Assembly (NCBI GenBank): GCA_025357945.1
Contig: JANYLJ010000056.1
Span: 60,646-124,645, forward strand
Origin: Gemmatimonadota bacterium
GTDB lineage: Bacteria > Gemmatimonadota > Gemmatimonadetes > Gemmatimonadales > GWC2-71-9
Direction: 5' to 3'
DNA length: 64,000 nt
Below, one piece after another: positions 1 to 6,985 of the stretch (the stretch's first letter is position 1; each line of letters begins with the position of its first letter). A program made the position numbers and the translations under genes. Under the pieces are notes generated by a model, which worked only from the letters and a program-made list of their open reading frames with translations, did not search any database and was not told the DNA's origin.

Positions 1-662
1 AACCGCGCGGCCAGTTGCCTGGCAAATCGATGGCGAACTTGCGGCGGCAACGCGGGCGCACGACTGGCGAACCCGCGAAGCAACTGGAACTCGCCGTCGC
101 TGAGTTGTGGCGTGCCGGCGTCCGCGGCGCCAGCGGTCGATCCACGAGCCGATGCCGGAGCGACGGGCACCGGGACCGGTCGGTCCCGGACGACGACGGT
201 GCCGGCGACAAAATCGCCGAGGCGCTTGGCCTTGGGATGGAGGGCAATCAGGACAATGCCGATCATTCCGATCATGTCGATCGGCAGCAGCAGGTTTCGC
301 GCGGCCGCCTCGGCGAACGTGACACCATGCCCGGTGTCACGAATCACCCGGATGCCGAGCCACCGCTTGCCGGGCGTCTGTCCCTGCCGGAGTCCCTCGA
401 ACAGCGAGAAATACCCCCAGATGATCCCGTACACGATCACGATCCCGACGGCGAGAAACCACTTTGAAGGCCCCCGCACCGCCATGCCCGCGGTACCAAG
501 GCCAAGGATCGCCACCAACACCAGCACGAACACCAGCGCCCAATCCACCAATGCCGCGAGGGCACGGCTGCCGACACCGGCAATCTCGTAGTCGAGCACG
601 ACGTGCTCAGGCGTCTCGAGTTCGAGGTGCTGCCGAAAATCGGAGCTGCCGGGCTTGGACAT
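1..662 (-). CDS. RDD family membrane protein (3' end runs off the window)
   Basis: Not in the ORF track because there is no stop in the window. Hand translation of the reverse strand from ATG at 662 gives MSKPGSSDFRQHLELETPEHVVLDYEIAGVGSRALAALVDWALVFVLVLV...GKRWLGIRVIRDTGHGVTFAEAAARNLLLPIDMIG...KRLGDFVAGTVVVRDRP. The frame is open to position 1. This fits RDD-domain architecture. Confidence 0.75.
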   Translation of the reverse strand, partial: MSKPGSSDFRQHLELETPEHVVLDYEIAGVGSRALAALVDWALVFVLVLVAILGLGTAGMAVRGPSKWFLAVGIVIVYGIIWGYFSLFEGLRQGQTPGKRWLGIRVIRDTGHGVTFAEAAARNLLLPIDMIGMIGIVLIALHPKAKRLGDFVAGTVVVRDRPVPVPVAPASARGSTAGAADAGTPQLSDGEFQLLRGFASRAPALPPQVRHRFARQLAAR

Positions 663-758
663 GGGTGCCACGGGACGAGGGGGTGCCGGAAACGACCTGC
701 GACGGTAATGTACGGGCTCGCACCGAACACACCCAATCCGCTGCCTGGAGACCTTTGC

Positions 759-1526
759 ATGGCCGCCCCCGTCCTTCGGCCCCTGTCCACCGGCGAAGTG
801 CTCGATACGTCGTTCGGGCTGTACCGCTCCCTGTTCGCTCCGCTCCTGATCGTGGCACTCGTGTGCCGGACGATTCCTGTGGTACTCGGGATCTACCTGC
901 AACAGATCAGCAGTGGCTCGCTCGCAATATTTGACCACTGGGCGCTGTTGCTGGCCAACTTCGTCCTGGCGGTGGTCCTGAGCGCCATTGCCGTCGCTGC
1001 CACCACGTTCATCGTGTCGGGCGCTTACCTGGGTCACCCGATGGCCGGTGACATTGCGCTCCGCAAGGCGTTCCGATTGGTCGGTCCGTTGATACTGGTT
1101 TCCATCTTCAGTTCGATCGCCATCGGCCTCGGCTTCATCGTCCTGTTCGTGCCCGGTGTGATCCTCCTTTCCGGCCTGGTCCTCGCCACCGCTGTGCTCG
1201 TCCTCGAACAGCCGCTCAGCGCCCTCGGCGCGATGAACCGCTCCTGGGAACTCACCAAGGGGTTCCGTTTCAAGGTGCTCGTATCGGTGTTCGTGGCGGT
1301 ACTCCTCTTCGTCGTTCCAATGATGATTGTCAGCCTGATGTCCGCCGTCGGCACATGGACCGGCGTCTGGTCGCCGTTGATTTCCCAGGTCCTGATCGGG
1401 GTGCTGCAGATTTTCGTCTATCCGTTCTTCTACATCGTCATCACGGTGTTGTACTACGATCTGCGGGTCCGGAAGGAAGGATACGACCTGGAACTTCTCG
1501 CAACGGCAACGCAGCCGGCCGCATGA
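759..1526 (+). CDS. Polytopic membrane protein (GDPD-membrane-domain-like / DUF975-like)
   Basis: Part of ORF 603..1526. ATG at 759 begins MAAPVLRPLSTGEVLDTSFGLYRSLF, followed by about 6 hydrophobic segments. The C-terminus YYDLRVRKEGYDLELL is typical of this family. Diverges from the RDD gene. Confidence 0.7.
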   Translation: MAAPVLRPLSTGEVLDTSFGLYRSLFAPLLIVALVCRTIPVVLGIYLQQISSGSLAIFDHWALLLANFVLAVVLSAIAVAATTFIVSGAYLGHPMAGDIALRKAFRLVGPLILVSIFSSIAIGLGFIVLFVPGVILLSGLVLATAVLVLEQPLSALGAMNRSWELTKGFRFKVLVSVFVAVLLFVVPMMIVSLMSAVGTWTGVWSPLISQVLIGVLQIFVYPFFYIVITVLYYDLRVRKEGYDLELLATATQPAA

Positions 1527-2128
1527 ACGGGCAGCACCCGGACTCGCTCCGAGCGGTCCTCGATTCCGTTTTCGCTGCCCCCGCCTACAAGTGGGTGCAA
1601 CGACCCGATCCGTTCGCGGCACTCAAGCGCGTGCGCGACGCGATCTGGCATTGGTTCACCGGCCTGCACGACATGCACCCGTTCGGCTTCCGCGTCGTCC
1701 TCTACGCGCTGGTCCTCGCGATGCTCGCGGTCGTTGTTCGTGCCGGGTGGACGTTCATCAACACCGTCCATTCGACCGATCCGGCGCCGGCGGCCACGGG
1801 CCCGGGCCTCATCCCGCGAGACCAGGCGTGGTACCGTGGCGAGGCCGACCGCCTCGCTGCGTCCGGCCGCTTTGCCGAGGCGATCCAGGCGGACTTTCTG
1901 GCACTCGTGCTCGCGCTCGACGCCCGCAGCGTGCTGCGTTTCCATCCGAGCAAGACACCCGGTGAATATGTGCGTGAGTCTCAGCTGGCCCCCGGTGCGC
2001 GCGACGAATTCCGCGACCTGGTGCGCCGGCTGTATCGCTATGCGTTCGCGCGATCGCCGTGTGGTCCCGCGGAATTTGCGGATTGGCGCGCGAGCGCCAC
2101 CCCGGAACGGTATGCGTCCGCGAACTGA
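1523..2128 (+). CDS. DUF4129 domain protein
   Basis: Part of ORF 1355..2128. ATG at 1523 overlaps the upstream stop (ATGA). One TM segment (VVLYALVLAMLAVVV), then RFAEAIQADFLALVLALDARSVLRFHPSKTPGEY...LYRYAFA, which resembles the DUF4129 pattern. Family call is from memory. Confidence 0.65.
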   Translation: MNGQHPDSLRAVLDSVFAAPAYKWVQRPDPFAALKRVRDAIWHWFTGLHDMHPFGFRVVLYALVLAMLAVVVRAGWTFINTVHSTDPAPAATGPGLIPRDQAWYRGEADRLAASGRFAEAIQADFLALVLALDARSVLRFHPSKTPGEYVRESQLAPGARDEFRDLVRRLYRYAFARSPCGPAEFADWRASATPERYASAN

Positions 2129-3311
2129 CGCCGTCATCGGGCTCGGCGCCCTCACCGTCCTCATGACCGTTGCCGCGCTCGCCGGCCGGTCACGGGCGCC
2201 CGAGGCAGAAACCGCGCGAGTCGCCCACCCGTCGACCTTTCTCACCGGTCCCGGTGGTGCCCGCGGCTTGCTCGACGCGATCCAGCGCTTGGGGATCGAG
2301 GCGCAACGCTTCCGCGACCGCCCAAAGGAACTGGCGCGCTTCGAGGGCCGCCCACGTCAGCTCCTCGCCATTCTCGATCCGAGCGTGGACATCGCTGCGC
2401 CGGACCTCATGCTCCTGGTGCAATTCAACAAGTCCGCGGACCTGCTGCTGGCCGGCCATGGGGCTGAACAACTGATGCGTTGCTTCGGCTACAAGCTCGA
2501 GCGGCGTCGCTTCGATTCGGTGCGCGTGGATGGACCGCAGGCCGCGGCACCTTGGGTCCGCGCCGCACTCATCGCCACCGATCAGGCGGTCTACACCGAT
2601 TCCAGCCGAGCCGGAGACCTCGGCCGACTCAGCTGCAAGGTGCCGACATTCCGTTCCGTCACGACGTTACTGCTCTCGCCACGCGGCCCAGTCGTGCTCC
2701 GACTCGAGCGGGATTCCGGCCAACGGGTGATCCTGGTTTCCGATGCGCGCCTCCTCAGCAACCAGGCGCTCCGCGACACCGATGCCGGTCCGTTCGTGCT
2801 CGCGCTGCTGGTCGGACAATATGAGCACGTGCTGTTCGACGAATACCATCACGGCTACGGCGCCTCGGGATCGCTTGCCGCCGCTACCCTCGCCTGGAGT
2901 TGGCGCTCGCCGTGGGGCTGGGCAGCGTGGCAGTTGACCGCCGTGGGGGTGCTCGCCCTGCTGTCCGGCGCTATGCGCTTCGGCCCCGCCGTCCCCGGGA
3001 TTGCGCGCACTCGTCGCTCCACGCTCGAGCATGTGCGCGCACTTGCCACCGCGCTCTCCGCCGCGCACGGCTATGATGAGGCGATCGGCGCCATGGTGCG
3101 CGGCCTGCGCCGTCGCCTCGCCCCGCCGGCGATGCGTCCGCGCGGCGACTGGCACGCCTGGCTCGAACAGCAGGATCGCCGCGAGACCTCCGCGGGCGAA
3201 CGCGAGGCGCTCGCCACATTGACATCACTCACCCAACCAGGACAGCCGTCATCGAGCGTGCTGCATGCGGCGAACGCCGTGGAGGATCTTTGGCAGAATC
3301 TTCAGCGCTGA
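2112..3311 (+). CDS. DUF4350-like membrane-anchored protein
   Basis: Part of ORF 1734..3311. ATG at 2112 gives an N-terminal anchor (MRPRTDAVIGLGALTVLMTVAALAG). Later comes FDEYHHGYG followed by a second TM segment. Sits at the position usually held by DUF4350 in MoxR/DUF58 clusters. Confidence 0.6.
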   Translation: MRPRTDAVIGLGALTVLMTVAALAGRSRAPEAETARVAHPSTFLTGPGGARGLLDAIQRLGIEAQRFRDRPKELARFEGRPRQLLAILDPSVDIAAPDLMLLVQFNKSADLLLAGHGAEQLMRCFGYKLERRRFDSVRVDGPQAAAPWVRAALIATDQAVYTDSSRAGDLGRLSCKVPTFRSVTTLLLSPRGPVVLRLERDSGQRVILVSDARLLSNQALRDTDAGPFVLALLVGQYEHVLFDEYHHGYGASGSLAAATLAWSWRSPWGWAAWQLTAVGVLALLSGAMRFGPAVPGIARTRRSTLEHVRALATALSAAHGYDEAIGAMVRGLRRRLAPPAMRPRGDWHAWLEQQDRRETSAGEREALATLTSLTQPGQPSSSVLHAANAVEDLWQNLQR

Positions 3312-4273
3312 CCACCGACGAAGTCCGCCGCCATGCCGACGCAGCGAATCGGGTGCTCGGCGAACTGCAGCGCGTCGTGCTCGGCCAGCACGCCGTCCTG
3401 CGGGAGTCGCTGCTGGCATTGCTCGCGCGCGGACACGTCCTGCTGGAAGGGCCGCCGGGCACCGCCAAGACGCTCCTGGTGCGGTCGCTCAACCGCGCGC
3501 TTGGCCTCGAGTTCCGTCGGATCCAGTTCACACCGGACCTGATGCCGTCCGACATCACCGGCGTGAGCATCCTTGGCGGATCGGGCACGTTCACCTTTCG
3601 CCCCGGTCCGTTGTTTGCCGACCTCGTCCTGGCGGACGAGATCAATCGCGCGCCGGCCAAGACCCAGGCCGCGTTGCTCGAAGCAATGGAAGAGCGAAGT
3701 GCCACGGTCGACGGGATCAGCCACCCGATGAGTGCCAGCTTCACGGTGTTCGCGACACAGAACCCGATCGAGTTCGAAGGGACCTACCCGCTTCCGGAGG
3801 CTGAACTCGACCGGTTCCTGATCAAGAGCAAGCTCGACTATCCCGGCGCCGCCGTCGAGGAAGCCGTCCTGACGCGCGTGCTTGGCGGATTCGAGTCCTC
3901 GGACGTCGCGACGTTCGGCATCACGCAGGTGCTCGATGCCGACGGTCTGGCGCAACTTCGCGCTGCCGTGCGGCGGGTTCGCGTCGAACCGACACTCACG
4001 GCGTATATCACCGCGCTCGTGGGCGCGACACGAGACGCACCGGCACTGACGCTCGGCGCATCGCCGCGCGCGAGCGTGGCACTCCTCAAGCTCGCCCAGG
4101 CCGCCGCGCTCATCGACGGCCGCGAATACGCCATCCCCGACGACGTCAAGACACTCGCGGCACCGGTCCTCAGGCATCGCGTCATCGTCGCACCGGAACT
4201 CGAGTTGGAAGGTGTGTCCGCCGATGATGCGCTCGCCACATTGATCCAGCGTGTCGAGGCGCCGCGCGGGTGA
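3290..4273 (+). CDS. moxR: MoxR-family AAA+ ATPase
   Basis: ORF 3290..4273 with a TTG start and GGAGG 4 nt upstream. Walker A is LLEGPPGTAKT and Walker B is LVLADEINRAPAKTQAALLEAMEE. The C-terminal region is LGASPRASVALLKLAQAAALIDGREY. Confidence 0.9.
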   Translation: MAESSALTTDEVRRHADAANRVLGELQRVVLGQHAVLRESLLALLARGHVLLEGPPGTAKTLLVRSLNRALGLEFRRIQFTPDLMPSDITGVSILGGSGTFTFRPGPLFADLVLADEINRAPAKTQAALLEAMEERSATVDGISHPMSASFTVFATQNPIEFEGTYPLPEAELDRFLIKSKLDYPGAAVEEAVLTRVLGGFESSDVATFGITQVLDADGLAQLRAAVRRVRVEPTLTAYITALVGATRDAPALTLGASPRASVALLKLAQAAALIDGREYAIPDDVKTLAAPVLRHRVIVAPELELEGVSADDALATLIQRVEAPRG

Positions 4274-5592
4274 TCATCCCCTCGACGCGCTGGTTCGTCA
4301 GCGCGGCCGCGCTCGCGTTGCTGGCTCCCGTCGCGTCCGTGTGGCCGACAGCCACCAACGTTCTTTTCGCGGCAGATCTAGTATGGTTGGCGGCGCTGAT
4401 CGTGGACGTGCTGCGTATCGGCGCGATCGACGTGCCCACCTTTCCGGTGGTGCGCGAGGCGCCACCAGCGTTCTCGGTCGGGCGAGCACTGCCAGTGACC
4501 TATCGCTGGCGCAACCCATCACGCCTGAGACTCGTCGTCCGCGTGCGGGAAGTCGTCCCGCCACTGCTCACACCCGGCGCCGGCCGCGACCGCCTGCTCG
4601 TCCTGCCGCCGCGGGTCGAGACGCGCGACGAACAGCTCTTCGTGCCGGCGCATCGCGGCAAGGCGCACGCCGGTCTGCTCCATCTTCGCGTGCGCGGGCC
4701 CTGGGGACTTGCGTGGCGGCAAGGGAAGCGGGATTTGCCGTGGGACGTGATCGTGTATCCCTCCCTCAAGATGGCGGCCCTGCGGGCGCTCCCAGCGCAG
4801 ACCCAGAGGCGACGCGACGCCGGCTTCCGCAACATGCGCCGGATCGGCGAGGGCCGGCTGTTCGAGAGCATCAAGGAATGGGTGCCCGGTGATGAACTAC
4901 GATCCATCGACTGGAAGGCGACGGCACGACGCGGGAAGCTGATGAGCCGCCAGTACGAGGATGAACGTCGGCAGCAGGTGATGATGGTGATCGACGCCGG
5001 ACGGTTGCTCACCGCCGAGATCGACGGTCGGCCACGACTCGAGGCCGCCATCGACGCCGCGCTCGACCTGGCGCACAGCGCAGTCCAGCACGACGACAAC
5101 ATCGGCCTGCTCGTATTCGCCGACGAGATCCTGCAGTTCGTCCCGCCAACCCGCGGCCGCCGGGCGCTGCGCCAGGTACTCGACGCCCTCGCCGCCGTGG
5201 AAGGACGCCTGGTGGAACCCAACTATCCCGCCGCGTTCGCCTACCTTGCCGCGCGCAACCGCAAGCGTGCGCTGACCGTGCTCTTTACCGACGTCGTGGA
5301 CCGCACCGCGAGCGATGCCTTCGTGGCACACGCTGGCTCGCTCCGAGCGCGCCACCTTCCACTCGCCGTCACGTTGCGTGATCCGGGACTCGAACGACTG
5401 GCAACGTCGCGCGCGCTCACCGTTGACGATGCCTTCCAACGCGCCGCCGCCGAGGAGCTACTCGAAGCGCGGGACGCGGCGCTCGCCGAATTGAGATCGC
5501 ACGGGGTCCTGGTGCTCGACGTGCTGCCGGATGGTGCGGCGCGCGCCGTCGTCGATCAGTATGAGCGACTCAAGCGGCGCGCGATGGTCTGA
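4270..5592 (+). CDS. DUF58 protein (vWA-like fold, MoxR partner)
   Basis: ORF 4270..5592 with a GTGA overlap onto the moxR stop. Two N-terminal TM segments. Contains IDWKATARRGKLMSRQYEDERRQQVMMVIDAGRLL, characteristic of DUF58. Confidence 0.85.
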   Translation: MIIPSTRWFVSAAALALLAPVASVWPTATNVLFAADLVWLAALIVDVLRIGAIDVPTFPVVREAPPAFSVGRALPVTYRWRNPSRLRLVVRVREVVPPLLTPGAGRDRLLVLPPRVETRDEQLFVPAHRGKAHAGLLHLRVRGPWGLAWRQGKRDLPWDVIVYPSLKMAALRALPAQTQRRRDAGFRNMRRIGEGRLFESIKEWVPGDELRSIDWKATARRGKLMSRQYEDERRQQVMMVIDAGRLLTAEIDGRPRLEAAIDAALDLAHSAVQHDDNIGLLVFADEILQFVPPTRGRRALRQVLDALAAVEGRLVEPNYPAAFAYLAARNRKRALTVLFTDVVDRTASDAFVAHAGSLRARHLPLAVTLRDPGLERLATSRALTVDDAFQRAAAEELLEARDAALAELRSHGVLVLDVLPDGAARAVVDQYERLKRRAMV

Positions 5593-5595
5593 CCG

Positions 5596-6786
5596 ATGTC
5601 CCAACCCAACGTCATCATTCTGCTGATTGTCATCGCGACGGCAGTAGCGCTCGTCACCCGCCGCGTCCCAGTCCCCTACACTGCGGCCCTCGTGCTCACT
5701 GGCATCGCCCTCGCCGCGCTGCACCTGGTCGAACCACCCCACCTGACCCGGGAGCTGCTGTTCGCCGTGTTCCTCCCCGGTCTCGTGTTCGAAGCAGCCT
5801 TTCACCTGTCGTACGACGACCTCCGGCAGAACGCCCGCGCGATCGCCGCGTTGGCGATTCCGGGGGTCGCCGTGAACATCGCCATCACGGCCGCAATCCT
5901 GATGGCCTCGCGCGCCCTGTTCGGCACATCGCTGGAACTCGGCTGGCGCCAGGCGCTCACCTTTGCCGCCATCGTCGCGGCAACCGATCCGATCGCGGTG
6001 GTGGCACTGGTGCGATCGCTCGGTGCGCCGCGACGGCTCTCGCTCCTGCTCGAGGCCGAAAGTCTGCTGAACGACGGCACGGCGATCATCTTCTTCGGGC
6101 TGGTGCTCGCTGCCACCGCCGGCACCGCGATCGGTGGGCTCGCGCTGACCGTCGACTTTTTCCGGATCGTCGTGGTGGGGACCGTTGTCGGCCTCGCCGT
6201 CGGGGCGGCGGCATCACGGCTCACCCGTGTTGTCGACGAAGCGGTGATCGAAATCACCCTCACCGTCATCGCGGCCTACGGGTCGTTCGTGCTGGCCGAC
6301 CAGGTCGGCGGGTCGGGCGTCATCGCGACCGTCGTCGCGGGGGTGATCTACGGCAACCACGGGCTGCGCTCGGGCATGTCGGCATCGACGCGTGCCGCCG
6401 CGCAGTCGTTCTGGGACTACGTCGCGTTCCTGCTCAACTCGATCGTCTTCCTGCTGATCGGCTTTGCGGTGCAGTTGCCGTCGCTCCTGCACCATGTGCC
6501 GCTGGTCGTCGCGGCACTCCTCGCCGGCTGGATCGCCCGCGGCGTCATTGTGGGTGGCGTTGCCACAGCGCTGGCGATGACCAGCGAACGGATCCCGCGC
6601 GCGTGGGTGGTCCCGCTCATCTGGGGTGGCCTGCGCGGCGGACTCGCCATGGTGCTTGCGTTGAGCCTTCCCGCCGACTTCATCGGCCGCGACCTGGTGA
6701 TCACGGCGACCTTCGGCGTGGTGCTGGTATCGATCCTGTTGCAGGGTACCACCATGGCGCCGCTGCTGCGCCGTACCCGGGTCTAA
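5596..6786 (+). CDS. Cation/proton (Na+/H+) antiporter, CPA1/NhaP type
   Basis: ORF 5596..6786. Polytopic, with ATDPIAVVALVRSLGAPRRLSLLLEAESLLNDGTAIIFF, the conserved exchanger core. Confidence 0.85.
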   Translation: MSQPNVIILLIVIATAVALVTRRVPVPYTAALVLTGIALAALHLVEPPHLTRELLFAVFLPGLVFEAAFHLSYDDLRQNARAIAALAIPGVAVNIAITAAILMASRALFGTSLELGWRQALTFAAIVAATDPIAVVALVRSLGAPRRLSLLLEAESLLNDGTAIIFFGLVLAATAGTAIGGLALTVDFFRIVVVGTVVGLAVGAAASRLTRVVDEAVIEITLTVIAAYGSFVLADQVGGSGVIATVVAGVIYGNHGLRSGMSASTRAAAQSFWDYVAFLLNSIVFLLIGFAVQLPSLLHHVPLVVAALLAGWIARGVIVGGVATALAMTSERIPRAWVVPLIWGGLRGGLAMVLALSLPADFIGRDLVITATFGVVLVSILLQGTTMAPLLRRTRV

Positions 6787-6928
6787 CTACTTGCCGGCGG
6801 GATGGCGGAGCCGTTGAGCAGGCCATCGATTCGGACCTCCTGCTGTCGGATCTCCACGCACCGCCAGCGAATCGACCTGCGGCACGACTCCGCCACCCTG
6901 CCGGCTCGCACCACCGGGCTCCGCACGC

Positions 6929-6985
6929 GGAACCGAGGTCCTTCGACTCCACAACCGCTGTGCGGTTGTTTCGCTCAGGATGACA
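6929..6985 (-). repeat. Single unit of the dispersed palindromic repeat family (TGTCATCCTGAGCG...GGTTCC)
   Basis: By hand alignment, the reverse complement of 6929..6985 is 53/57 identical to 26932..26988. Contains a perfect 8-bp hairpin, ACAACCGC-TGT-GCGGTTGT, at 6951..6969. Overlaps the stop codon of the malic enzyme gene. Confidence 0.85.

Noticed and set aside
603-3311. ORF-track 5' extensions taken at face value. Examples: 603, 1355, 1734, 17304, 23866, 36023, 40527, 41267, 43940, 48936, 51250 and 58012.
   Set aside because: The extensions overlap the preceding gene in another frame, read as low-complexity sequence, and precede internal starts that create ATGA/GTGA-type coupling or follow an RBS. 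The downstream starts were preferred.
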